DNA of 64,000 nucleotides from an uncultured delta proteobacterium (GCA_963806225.1 CAWDXG010000004.1:480001-544000), one strand, 5' to 3'. Positions 54,655 through 64,000 are shown, numbered from the stretch's first letter. Notes: generated by a model from the sequence alone, not told the origin. Translations and numbers: made by a program.

Positions 54655-55227
54655 TCACACCAGCGTGTTGAACAGTTCCGCGCGCGGATCGGGGATGACG
54701 ATCTTGTCGACCAGCAATCCTCGCGCCTCGATGACCTCCGCGCCCGCTTCCAGCGACTCGCGCACGTCGTCGACGCTGCCCGTGAACGCCAGGTACGCCT
54801 TGCCGCCGAGCGCCATGGCCAGCCGGCACTGCACCACTTCGACCAGCGCGCGCTTGGCAACGTGGTCGAGCGCATCCACCAGACAGGCAACCGAGTAGCA
54901 TTCCAGGATGCCGAGGGCGCCCTTCCGCGACAGCTCGTTCGCGCTCGACAGGGCGGGATACACGTCCGGGTGGACGTTGCTGATGAGCACGTGGTCGATG
55001 GCCGTTTCCCGAGCCACATCCATGCCCGCTGCCAGGCTCGCTTCAACCTCGTGCTGCTCGCCGGCCACCAGCACCATGAACTTCCCCGAGCAGATCGAGC
55101 GCGACATGACAAGCTCGACCTCGGCCGCCTTGAGCATGGCGTCGGTGGTGTGCATGCCGCGCGCGATACTCGATAGCTCGATCAAGGCCAGGGCCGGGGG
55201 CTTGGGGCGATAGGTTTCCAAGTGCAT
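54655..55227 (-). CDS. PduT-like BMC-T shell protein with pore Cys
   Basis: IELSSIARG..DAMLKAAEV..ICSGKF; second domain RLAMALGGKAY. Confidence 0.9.
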   Translation of the reverse strand: MHLETYRPKPPALALIELSSIARGMHTTDAMLKAAEVELVMSRSICSGKFMVLVAGEQHEVEASLAAGMDVARETAIDHVLISNVHPDVYPALSSANELSRKGALGILECYSVACLVDALDHVAKRALVEVVQCRLAMALGGKAYLAFTGSVDDVRESLEAGAEVIEARGLLVDKIVIPDPRAELFNTLV

Positions 55228-55230
55228 CGC

Positions 55231-56544
55231 TCACCTCTGGATGTGGACGCGCCCGTCGACCTTGCTGACGCGGCCGCTGATGCTGGCGTGCACGTGAGCG
55301 CCGAGCTTGCCGTCGGGCACCGTGGCGATGCGCTGCCCCGCTTCCACCCGGTCGCCCACCGCCACCACCGGCTCCGCGGGCGCGCCGATGTGCTGCGAGA
55401 GCGGGATCTCCACGTGCTCCGGCTGCAGCTGCACGTCCTTCATCGGCGCCGGGCGGTCGTATTCGACCAGTCCCAGCCGCTGGATCAAGCGGCTGATGGG
55501 CACGCGCCGCGAGTCGCGGATCGGGTGCGCCACGCCTTTGGACGGCAGCGGCTTCGGCCGCGGATCCCGCTCGCGCCACACCTGCTTGGAGCGCACGCAC
55601 ATCTCCATGACCGGCAGATCCTCGGGGCACGCGTACAGCGAGCACAGGTTGCACTCGCAGCACGCCAGGCCCAGCCTCGCCCAGCCCGCCTCGGCCTCGC
55701 CGGCAAAGCCCACCGAGCGCATCACCTTGTGCGGCTCGATGGCGTAGCCCAGGAGGAACCGCGGGCAGAAATCGGTGCAGTACGAGCACTGGTCGCAGGC
55801 GCTCTTGGCGATCATCAGGTTGGAGCGCGCCGGGCGCTCGCGGCGACGCACCAGATTGTGCGAACGCGGCAGCACGATGTAGCCGCCCGTGGTCTTGGTG
55901 ACGCGCGAGTCGAGGCCGACGAGCTTGCCCATCATGGCGCCGCCATCCAGGATCACCGGGTCGTCCACCGTGGCGCCGCCGGCCAGCGCGATCACCTCGG
56001 CTGCCGTCACGCCCACCGGCACCGTCACGCTGCACGGCGCCGCGACGGCGCCGGTCACCGTCAGGCTCGAGTGGGTCACGGGGATGCCCTCGGCTGCGCG
56101 GGCAACGTTGATCAGCGTTTCCACGTTGTTGACCGCGCACCCCACGTGCAGCGGGAGGCCGTCGTAGGGGATCAGCCGCCCGGTCACGTCGTACACGATG
56201 ACGTATTCGTCGCCGGCCGGGTAGAAGCTGCCGAACAGCGCCAGCTCGATGTCGCTGCCGATGTAGCGCCCGAGCGCCTCGATGGCGCGCTTGTACTTCT
56301 CCTTGATGGCAATCACGCCGCGCTGGGCGCCGCTGGCCTCCATCGCCAGCCGCATGCCCCGCACCATGGTCTCGGCCTCGAGCCGGATCAGCTCCTGGTC
56401 CTTGTACAGGAGCGGCTCGCACTCGGCGGCGTTGCAGATGTAGGTGTCGACCTCGGCGCCCAGCTTCACGTGGGTGGGAAACCCAGCACCACCAGCGCCG
56501 ACCACGCCGGCATCCTGCACCTGCTTTACGACCGGGTGAGCCAC
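55231..56544 (-). CDS. PduS/RnfC-like flavin Fe-S oxidoreductase
   Basis: GVVGAGGAGFPTHVK, NAAECEPLL, YPAGDE, NVETL, CDQCSYCTDFCP, CCECNLCSLYACP, QHIGAPA, HASISG. Confidence 0.9.
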   Translation of the reverse strand: MAHPVVKQVQDAGVVGAGGAGFPTHVKLGAEVDTYICNAAECEPLLYKDQELIRLEAETMVRGMRLAMEASGAQRGVIAIKEKYKRAIEALGRYIGSDIELALFGSFYPAGDEYVIVYDVTGRLIPYDGLPLHVGCAVNNVETLINVARAAEGIPVTHSSLTVTGAVAAPCSVTVPVGVTAAEVIALAGGATVDDPVILDGGAMMGKLVGLDSRVTKTTGGYIVLPRSHNLVRRRERPARSNLMIAKSACDQCSYCTDFCPRFLLGYAIEPHKVMRSVGFAGEAEAGWARLGLACCECNLCSLYACPEDLPVMEMCVRSKQVWRERDPRPKPLPSKGVAHPIRDSRRVPISRLIQRLGLVEYDRPAPMKDVQLQPEHVEIPLSQHIGAPAEPVVAVGDRVEAGQRIATVPDGKLGAHVHASISGRVSKVDGRVHIQR

Positions 56545-56642
56545 GGGGGCGCGCAGTAGAGCATAGCCGACAGCGCTTCTCCAGCCGGCTCCGGGTCGAC
56601 CGCGGCGGGAACTGGGCCAGAGTCGCCTGTCTTCGATATGGG

Positions 56643-57134
56643 ATGAGCATGGCCCCACGGCACGATCTCGATCCCCGGCTCGGCTCTTTCGATGACTACT
56701 TCCGGGCCTACCTGGCCGAGCGCCAGAACCCCTGGACGCGGCGCGCACAGCTCGCGACAACCAGCCTGGGCGTAGGCCTGGTGGCCACCTCCTTCGTCGG
56801 CGCCGCCGCGGCTTCGCTCGCGCCCGCCTGGCTCGGCCAGCGCCTGTTCGAGCGCAATCGCCCGCGCGGCGTCAAGAACCTCGCCTGGCGCCTGCGCGCC
56901 GATCTGCTGCTCTGGACCGAGGCGCTGCACAAGTTCCTCGGCGGCAGCGACCTCCGCTCGCTGCGAGTCGTCGAGAGCGTGGCGTCGCGGGTTGTCGAAG
57001 CCTGGCCCGAGCCGGTTCCGGAGGGCGATGGGTTCGAGGTCGGGGCTTCAACGGAGCCCGATACGTCGCCGCGCGCCGCAGTACCGCCCCCGCCGAGCCC
57101 AGCCGCGTCGCGTGACTGGGCGGTCTGGCAGTAG
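56643..57134 (+). CDS. DUF962/Mpo1-like small membrane protein, degenerate
   Basis: SFDDYFRAYLAERQNPWTRR, WLGQRLFERNRP, WRLRADL; the usual His residues appear replaced. Confidence 0.55.
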   Translation: MSMAPRHDLDPRLGSFDDYFRAYLAERQNPWTRRAQLATTSLGVGLVATSFVGAAAASLAPAWLGQRLFERNRPRGVKNLAWRLRADLLLWTEALHKFLGGSDLRSLRVVESVASRVVEAWPEPVPEGDGFEVGASTEPDTSPRAAVPPPPSPAASRDWAVWQ

Positions 57135-57513
57135 CAACCGGGGCGTCGGAGCGCCGCGTAGGACGACCGGACCCGGTCCGGGCGGGCACCCGAAGCACCC
57201 GTTCCGGACCCCCGGAACCCAGCCATCTCGAGCCACCCGACCCACAACAACTGACCGGCCCGGGGTCGAATCTGGTAGCATGGATCGGCCGACAAGCCGG
57301 TGGTTCCGACGGAGTCTGGGGTCGGTCGAGGGAGGCACGGCCCGGAGGCCAGCTACATCTGGCGATCGACGCCAGGGATGATAAAAAAGAACACCCCGAC
57401 CCGGGCGTCTTGGATCGAAATGTGAACGTAGACGTATCTCTTGGTAATATATAGGGAAAGGGTAACCCCCATTGGCCCCGCCCGACAGCGCGGGGTGCGT
57501 CGAAAGGTCAAAC

Positions 57514-59103
57514 GTGAAGATTTCCTGCCCTGCGTGTGCGGCCAAGTACTCGATCGCTGACGAGAAGGTTCAGGATCGCCTCGCCAAGATCCGCTGCCGC
57601 AAGTGCGGCACGACGATCGTGATCGACGGCAAGGCCAACCCGGTCAACGTCTACGCTGCCGACGGCAGCGCGCCGGCCGCTTCCGGAGCTCAACAGGAAA
57701 GTGCGCCTGCCGCCGCTGCCGCGCCCGGAGCCGGAGCCGGAGGCGAGTACTCGGTCGATTTCGGCGACAACGACCAGCGCACGATGCCGCTCGCCCAGCT
57801 CGTCGAAGCCTACAACGCCGGACAGGTCACGGCGGAGACGTTCGTCTGGGCCGACGGAATGGCCGACTGGCAGCCGCTGGGCGAGGTCGCGGAAATCGTG
57901 GACGCGCTGCACGCCGCAGCGAGCGCGCCTGGCGCCGCCGACGCCGCTGCCGGCTTCGACGCGGGCGCCGCCGCCGCTGCCGGCTTCGACGCAGGCGCCG
58001 CCGCTCCCGGCTTCGACGCAGGCGCCGCCGCTCCCGGCTTCGACGCAGGCGCCGCCGCTCCCGGCTTCGACGCGGGCGCCGCCGCCCCCGGCTTCGACGC
58101 GGGCGCCGCCGCCGCACCCGGATTCGATGCCGGCGCCGCGCCGGGCTTCGACGCGGGTGCCGCTGCCACCCCCGGTTTCGACCCTGGCGCCACCGACGCG
58201 GCCGGCCTAGGTGCCGGCGCTGCCGCAGGTGCGGCTTCCCCATGGGAAACCGAGCAGGCCCACGCGCGCGCCGCTGCTCGACCCGGAGGCGGACGCGGCT
58301 CCACTGCCGATCTGTTCGGCAGCTTCGACACGGCGGGGAGCGAGGAGGACGTGACCACGAGTGCTCCCCAGGGCGAGCCCTCGGCGCCGGCTCCCGCAGC
58401 AGCTACCGGCGCCCGCAACGAGTCGTCCGTGCTCTTCTCGCTCAGCGCACTGACCGCGTCGGGCCCAACCGCCAGCAAGCCGGATGCCACCACGGCCACC
58501 CGTGAGGACTCGGGGCTTATCGACCTCAAGGCCCTGACTGCCAGCTCGAAGGCCGACGAGAACCCCGCGGATGCGGACGGCGGATTCGGCGCGCCGCTGA
58601 TGGCCGCCCCGCTCGGCATCGCGGCGCCGTTGGGCGGCGGAGTCGAGGCGCAGATCGCTGCGCCCGGTGCAGACGGCGGTGGCAAGAGCAAGACAGGGCT
58701 GTTCGTCGGCGGCGCCATCGTGGTCGCTGCGCTGGTGATCGCGGGCGCGGTCATCGCGACCTCTTCTGGCAAGCAGCCTGCCGCACCCACACCCAGCGCC
58801 ACGCAGCCGGTCGCCACGGCAGCTCCCACGCCCAGCGCGACACAGGCCGCGCCTGCCGATTCGCTCGCTGCCAAGCCGCCCGCCACCGGCACCTCCGAGA
58901 CGGCCGAAAACGCGCCTGACGGCGGTGCAGCCAAGAAGCCCGTCGCCGTGCACCACTACGGGGGACGCGCAACGCACGCCACGCCCCACTCCGGCGGTGC
59001 GGTGTCGAATCCCAAGCCGAAGCCGAAGCCGAAGGCACATCACTCCGCGTGCGGCTGCGCTCCGGGCGACCTGGAGTGCGCCATGCGCTGCGCCGCCAAG
59101 TAG
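57514..59103 (+). CDS. zinc-ribbon + GYF_2 domain single-pass membrane protein (AgmX/GltJ-like architecture)
   Basis: ISCPACAAKY..IRCRKCG; TFVWADGMADWQPL; RNESSVLFSL, DSGLIDLKAL; TM; Cys-rich C-terminal tip. Confidence 0.8.
   Translation: MKISCPACAAKYSIADEKVQDRLAKIRCRKCGTTIVIDGKANPVNVYAADGSAPAASGAQQESAPAAAAAPGAGAGGEYSVDFGDNDQRTMPLAQLVEAYNAGQVTAETFVWADGMADWQPLGEVAEIVDALHAAASAPGAADAAAGFDAGAAAAAGFDAGAAAPGFDAGAAAPGFDAGAAAPGFDAGAAAPGFDAGAAAAPGFDAGAAPGFDAGAAATPGFDPGATDAAGLGAGAAAGAASPWETEQAHARAAARPGGGRGSTADLFGSFDTAGSEEDVTTSAPQGEPSAPAPAAATGARNESSVLFSLSALTASGPTASKPDATTATREDSGLIDLKALTASSKADENPADADGGFGAPLMAAPLGIAAPLGGGVEAQIAAPGADGGGKSKTGLFVGGAIVVAALVIAGAVIATSSGKQPAAPTPSATQPVATAAPTPSATQAAPADSLAAKPPATGTSETAENAPDGGAAKKPVAVHHYGGRATHATPHSGGAVSNPKPKPKPKAHHSACGCAPGDLECAMRCAAK
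57945..58190 (+). repeat. coding ~27 bp tandem repeat (AAAPGFDAG, about 9 copies)
   Basis: repeated ccggcttcgacgcaggcgccgccgctc. Confidence 0.9.
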
Positions 59104-59167
59104 CGCCACCGCGACGGACTCGACTGCAACGAGGCCCGCCGATCGCGGGCTTCGCGGGCGGGCTGTC

Positions 59168-61630
59168 TCAGCGCGCCAACGGCGCCGGTACAGCCAGGGA
59201 AACGTAGCCGCGCGGTGCGTCGAGCTCGAACACCTCGCCGCGGCGATCGGTAAGCCCCAGCCGCATCAATCCGTCGGCGCGCAGCAGTGCGAACGGCGCC
59301 CTCGGAGCCGGCTCCGCGGAGCCCATCGGCACCACGTAGACGCTGACGGGTTCGCTTCCCGCAGGGGGCAGCTTGGGCGGGTCGGAACAGGTCGCTGCGA
59401 CCCGGCCGTCCTTGTCCTCCTGCCCGCAGCGCGCGAGCGCCCGCTGGTCGAGCGTCGGCTTCGAGGACTTCACCGAGGCGATCAGCTCGGCTGCCGCGGA
59501 ACGCGCCACCGGCGAGGGGTCATCGAGCAGGAGCCTGCGGGCGCGGGACCCGTTCTGGCAGCGTCGCCCGGCGACCCGGAGGCCAGCCAGAGCGTTGGCC
59601 CGCACGTAGCTGCGCGTGTCGTCCAGCGCCTTGCACAGAGCAGGGAGCGGATTGTGTGTCCGCGCCGCAACGCGTCCCAGAGCCGCTGCAGCGTCCCCTG
59701 CGACCGCCACGTCGCGGTCCGCCAGCGCGTGCGTCAGAGCGGCCACGTCCGCTCTGGTTCCCACCGCTCCGAGCGCCCACACCGCGTTCGCGCGGACCGA
59801 CCCGTCGACATCTACGGCCAACTGCCGCAGCGTGTTCGCGGCTTCGGGATGCGAGGCCAGGGCCTCGGCCAGCTTGACGCGGTCGGCAACGGCCGTGGCC
59901 TTCTTCGCGAGCGCCGCCAGCCGCTGCGAGCCGCGCGCGCCGGGTATCCGCCCCAACGCCTCGATCATCGCGTCCCGCTCGCCGCCGCGGCTCGAGCGCA
60001 TGAACCGCTCCGCGCGCTCGCCGTCGTGCGGATCCTTCGATCGAGCCAGAGCGCCGGCGAGCGCGATGGCGATGGCGCGACGGTCCTGCGCGGCGGAGCG
60101 CTCCAGCCGATCCAGCAGCACGCGCGCGGACGCTCCCGATGCGGACCGTTGGAGCGCAACGGCTGCCGCCAGCCGGATCCCCGCGTCGTCCGCATCCAGA
60201 GCGTCGAGCAACGGTGCGTCCTGACCTGCCGGACCCAGCATGCCCAACGCCTGGATCGCCGCAACGCGGAGCTCGTCGTCGTCGGCGTCCTTGGCGATCG
60301 GAGCCAACACCTTCACGGCGCGCGGCGAACCGGTGCGCCCGAGTAGCCGTGCCAGCGCGGCGCGCTCCGTCTTGCTCGAACGCGCGGCATCGAGAGCCCG
60401 CGCGATAGGTTCCACGGCGCGTCCGTCCGGTTTGTGCGGATCGAGTAGGGCCGCCGTCGCATCGATGGCGGCGCGGCGCACGAGGGGATCCACATCGCCG
60501 AGGTGCTCCAGCACCGTCGGCAGGCTTGCAGGATCTGCGAGCGCGGCCAGCGCGCCGAGTGCCGCCCGCGGCCGCACCACGCCACGCCTGAGCGCGCTCT
60601 CGATGGCGGGGACCGCGCGGCGAGAGCCGATCTGGCCGAGCGCCAGTGCACAGCCGTCGGCGAGCCGGGGTGACGGCTGGCCGACGAGGCATTCCAGAAG
60701 ACGCGGCACGGCGCGGGCCCCCACCTCGGCCAACGCCGAGCGGACCGGCGACGTGCTGCTGGCCGGATCGTCGGAGCCCAGTGCCGCGACCAGGGCCTCC
60801 AGCCCCTCGGGCGACGGGATGTGCGCCAGAGCACCCAGAGCGGCAGCCCGCACTGTCTGCCGCGGGTCGTCATGCAGAAGCGAGACAATCGCGAGCGTCG
60901 CCTGCTTGTCGTGCAGGCGCCCGAGCGCCACCAGCGCCGCGATGCGCACGGACTCGTCATTGTCGCGAAGTGCCAACACCAGTGCGCTCGAAGCACGCGG
61001 ATCGCCGAGCTCGCCCAGCGCGCGCGCGACGCTCTTGCGCACCACCGCTCGCGAGTCCTGGATCTTGCCGATCAGCGGCACCACAGCCTGGCGATCGCCC
61101 AGCCTGGCGAGCGCACGGATCACGGCGCGGCGCACGTGCGGCGTGGTGTCATCCAGGTGCCCGAGCAGCGGCATCACGGCGTCCTTCGAGCCGGATGCTC
61201 CCAACGCGCGCGCGGCCGCCTCGCGCACACCTGGGTCGGGATCCCCGAGCACGCGCCCCAGCGGTGCGACCGCGCGTGGGGTCGGGCTCAGCGCGAGCGC
61301 CTGCGCCGCTGCCAGCCGGACACGCCGCTCCGGATCGTTCAGCCAGGACACGACGCGCCGACCGACTCCCGGAAGTCGCAGCTGCATGGCGACTTCCGCA
61401 GCCGACAGCCGTACCTCGGCGTCCGGATCGTCGAGCGCCGGCGGAACCAGCTTCCTGGCGACCGCTGCCGGAAGCTCGGCCAACCGCGCCGCCGCCTGCC
61501 GCCGCACCCCCACGTCGTGGGACCCCAGCTGCTTTTCGACCCGCTCGATGGTGTTGGGCCACACGAAGGCCGCCGCGGGCGCCGCGACCAGCAGTGCCGA
61601 AGCAAGAAGCGGGATGCCCAGGCGTCGCAC
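59168..61630 (-). CDS. exported HEAT-repeat protein
   Basis: signal peptide; many LxDxDxxVRxAAAxALG repeats. Confidence 0.85.
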   Translation of the reverse strand: MRRLGIPLLASALLVAAPAAAFVWPNTIERVEKQLGSHDVGVRRQAAARLAELPAAVARKLVPPALDDPDAEVRLSAAEVAMQLRLPGVGRRVVSWLNDPERRVRLAAAQALALSPTPRAVAPLGRVLGDPDPGVREAAARALGASGSKDAVMPLLGHLDDTTPHVRRAVIRALARLGDRQAVVPLIGKIQDSRAVVRKSVARALGELGDPRASSALVLALRDNDESVRIAALVALGRLHDKQATLAIVSLLHDDPRQTVRAAALGALAHIPSPEGLEALVAALGSDDPASSTSPVRSALAEVGARAVPRLLECLVGQPSPRLADGCALALGQIGSRRAVPAIESALRRGVVRPRAALGALAALADPASLPTVLEHLGDVDPLVRRAAIDATAALLDPHKPDGRAVEPIARALDAARSSKTERAALARLLGRTGSPRAVKVLAPIAKDADDDELRVAAIQALGMLGPAGQDAPLLDALDADDAGIRLAAAVALQRSASGASARVLLDRLERSAAQDRRAIAIALAGALARSKDPHDGERAERFMRSSRGGERDAMIEALGRIPGARGSQRLAALAKKATAVADRVKLAEALASHPEAANTLRQLAVDVDGSVRANAVWALGAVGTRADVAALTHALADRDVAVAGDAAAALGRVAARTHNPLPALCKALDDTRSYVRANALAGLRVAGRRCQNGSRARRLLLDDPSPVARSAAAELIASVKSSKPTLDQRALARCGQEDKDGRVAATCSDPPKLPPAGSEPVSVYVVPMGSAEPAPRAPFALLRADGLMRLGLTDRRGEVFELDAPRGYVSLAVPAPLAR

Positions 61631-61679
61631 GCCCCGAAGCTAGCAGATCCTGATGCGTCCCGCCGCGGACCGCGGCGCC

Positions 61680-62687
61680 TCAGGCCGCGAGCGGCAGCTG
61701 CAAGCGGCCTGGCTCGATCCCCATCTCTTCGAACGCCTGCTGCGACGCGCGGCGCTGCAGCGGCCGGAGATACCCGTAGAAAAGCAGGTTCTGCAGGACC
61801 AGGCGCGCCAGGACGTAGTACTCGAGCACGTCGAAGCCGATCGCCACCGCCAGCCCGAACACGAGGGACCCGAATCCGAAGCAGCTCTTCCACACGCGCA
61901 TCGCGGCCGTGGCCCGACGCCGGTAGATGGCGGCGTACCGCCTGTCGTACGCGGGCGTCCTGTCGATGCTCCAGAACGTGTGCGGATCGAAAGCGCGTAC
62001 GACCTTCTCCTGGCTCGCCAGGTAGAAGAGGTAGATCGGCCAGGCGATCCTGGCACCCAGCGAGTCGCGGTTCTGCCCGGCTTCGTAGCGGCGCTTCGCG
62101 CTTTCCAGATCCTCACCGTCGCGGCAGCCCGGAACCGTGAAGCGCAGGAACACGTTCTTGAAGTGGTCGTACATGCTGGTGTGGAACGAGCCGGTGACCG
62201 CGGTGGCCACGCCGAGTGCCACGAGCACCGCCGCCAGCCAGGGCGCCTGCTGGTACTTGCAGGCCATCCAGTAGATGCCGCCCCCGACGGCACAGGTGAC
62301 CACGACGAAATCGGCCACGCCGTCCAACATCCGCCCGAGCGCGGACGACGTGCCGCGCAGCCGCGCCAGCTGCCCGTCCGCACAGTCGAACACCGCCGAC
62401 AGGAAGATCGCCAGCCCCGCCACCTGCAGGTGCCAGGGATACGCCCACAGTAGCGAGCCCCCCGCGACCAGGCCGAACACGATCGACATCATGGTGACCA
62501 TGTTCGGCGTGACGGCCGTCGGGTACAGCGCGCGCGTCAGGAGATACGCTAGCGGGCGGTGGACGTAGAGATCGATCGGCTCTTCAACGTCCAGCGACTT
62601 GAGCGAGCGCAAGTATCCGCCCCAGAACCCTGGCAAGCGTTCGCCGCGCAGATCGCCCGGCTCCGCTGCGGACGAGGGCATGGCCAT
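61680..62687 (-). CDS. CDP-alcohol phosphatidyltransferase family protein
   Basis: TPNMVT, DCADGQLARLRGTSSALGRMLDGVAD. Confidence 0.9.
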   Translation of the reverse strand: MAMPSSAAEPGDLRGERLPGFWGGYLRSLKSLDVEEPIDLYVHRPLAYLLTRALYPTAVTPNMVTMMSIVFGLVAGGSLLWAYPWHLQVAGLAIFLSAVFDCADGQLARLRGTSSALGRMLDGVADFVVVTCAVGGGIYWMACKYQQAPWLAAVLVALGVATAVTGSFHTSMYDHFKNVFLRFTVPGCRDGEDLESAKRRYEAGQNRDSLGARIAWPIYLFYLASQEKVVRAFDPHTFWSIDRTPAYDRRYAAIYRRRATAAMRVWKSCFGFGSLVFGLAVAIGFDVLEYYVLARLVLQNLLFYGYLRPLQRRASQQAFEEMGIEPGRLQLPLAA

Positions 62688-62712
62688 CGCGTACCTCCTG
62701 GGCTGTGCGACG

Positions 62713-63999
62713 CTACTCGGCGTCGCCGCTTGCTACCGCATAGCGTGGAGCCGGCGCGTGGCGCGGGACAAGCCGCGCCAGCGCGCGCTCGAATGCCGAA
62801 ACGCAGCGCTCGTTCTGCTCCGCGGTGCCGACCGTAATGCGGACGTAGCTCTTGGTCGCGTGGTGGACGGCCAGCGAACGGATCAGCACGCCTTCGTCGA
62901 GCACGGCTGCCACGAACTGGTCCGCGGTGAGCCGGGTCGCGGAGATATCCACCAGGATGAAGTTGCCCTCGCTGGGCAGCGCGACCATGCCCGCGATGCG
63001 CGAAAGCCGCGCAGCCAGAAGCTCGCGGGCGCGCCGGAGCTCCCCCATGCGCGCCTCGAACTCCGCGATGTCGTCGAGCGCCGCGCTCGCCGCCGCCAGG
63101 CTGACCGCGGGGATGTTCCAGGGCACTTTCACGCGGCCCAGCAGACGGATGGCGGCGACATGACCGAGCGCGTAGCCGATCCGCATGCCCGCCAGGCCGT
63201 GGGCCTTCGAGAACGTGCGCAGCAGGATCGCGTTGGGGAACTCGTTGATCAGGTGCGACAGCGACTCCCCCGCCCCGAACTCGTAGTAGGCCTCGTCGAT
63301 CACTGTCGGCAGGCCGAGCCTGAGCATCCTGCGCAGATCCCGCTCCGCGACGCGGTTGCCGGTCGGGTTGTTCGGCGTGCACAGGAAGATGACCTTGGTG
63401 CGCTCCGTGACGGACCGGATGAGCTGCGGCAGGTCGTGCTCGTGCTCTTCCGTCATCGGTACCAGGACCGGGATCCCGCCCACCGTGCGGGTCCGCGCCT
63501 CGTACATGCTGAACGTCGGCACACTCAGCAGCACTTCCTCGCCCGGACCGACGAACGTGCGGATGATCACGTCGATGAGCTCGGCCGAGCCGGCCCCGAG
63601 CAACACGTTCTCGGTATCCACGCTGTCGCGAGCCCCGAGCTTCCGGCGCAGCTCGCGCGCACCGCCCGGATACAGATTGCCGCGGCTTGCCGCCTCCATG
63701 ATCGCGTTGAGCACACGCGGGCTCGGCGCATACGGGCTCTCGTTCGACATCAACCGCACCAGCTCGCTCTTCTGGTCGGCGATAGCGAAGTGGTCCTCGT
63801 TGTACGGCTTGGCCGCGCGTACCCACGTCGGCGCAAACATCTCGATCGCCTCGGGATCGATGACCGGCGGCGCGCCCGCCCCCGGCTCGTCGCCGAGGCT
63901 GTCGCCGAACACGCGGATCATCGCCTCGGCACGCTCGAGCGCGGCGGGGGTGTCCACGTCGATCCAGCGCACGTCGCCCACGTCGTAGACGAAGAAGCG
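62713..63999 (-). CDS. HisC/CobD-type PLP enzyme fused to an N-terminal nucleotidyltransferase-like domain (5' end outside the window)
   Basis: SNESPY, CTPNNPTG, IDEAY, RTFSKAHGLAGMRIGY; upstream in frame WIDVDTPAALERAE; the frame is open to the window edge. Confidence 0.8.
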   Translation of the reverse strand, partial: RFFVYDVGDVRWIDVDTPAALERAEAMIRVFGDSLGDEPGAGAPPVIDPEAIEMFAPTWVRAAKPYNEDHFAIADQKSELVRLMSNESPYAPSPRVLNAIMEAASRGNLYPGGARELRRKLGARDSVDTENVLLGAGSAELIDVIIRTFVGPGEEVLLSVPTFSMYEARTRTVGGIPVLVPMTEEHEHDLPQLIRSVTERTKVIFLCTPNNPTGNRVAERDLRRMLRLGLPTVIDEAYYEFGAGESLSHLINEFPNAILLRTFSKAHGLAGMRIGYALGHVAAIRLLGRVKVPWNIPAVSLAAASAALDDIAEFEARMGELRRARELLAARLSRIAGMVALPSEGNFILVDISATRLTADQFVAAVLDEGVLIRSLAVHHATKSYVRITVGTAEQNERCVSAFERALARLVPRHAPAPRYAVASGDAE

Positions 64000-64000
64000 A

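Overview
GC-rich chromosomal window, most likely from a myxobacterium (Myxococcota, Polyangiales-like). This is inferred from gene content: Ser/Thr kinase, zinc-ribbon/GYF protein, receiver-DUF4388 protein, atypical Hsp70, many lipoproteins. The first ~40 kb is mostly housekeeping (peptide ABC transporter, nikR, argS, pabB/trpE-like, cls, pyrR-pyrB, murI, hom, M1 aminopeptidase, ROK kinase, lon, fmt, Hsp70 plus J-protein). The main feature is a minus-strand bacterial microcompartment (BMC) locus of the sugar-phosphate-utilisation type at 41.3-56.5 kb. It has 1 BMC-H, 3 BMC-P, 3 BMC-T, an acylating aldehyde dehydrogenase, TPI, PduS/PduT-like proteins and an RpiB-DeoC fusion whose linker carries an encapsulation-peptide-like helix and a ferredoxin-type CxxCxxCxxxCP motif. 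A ~7 kb block splits the locus: a DUF222-like/HNH gene with a LexA-like box, and an ECF sigma / anti-sigma / NHL lipoprotein / exported caspase-like cassette. A near-perfect 5x73 bp non-coding repeat lies just downstream of the BMC operon. The window ends in a nucleotidyltransferase-PLP enzyme fusion next to a CDP-alcohol phosphotransferase. Many genes, including argS and lon, are frameshifted, which suggests assembly indel errors rather than pseudogenes. All calls come from motif reading by eye; no searches were run and start codons are estimates.
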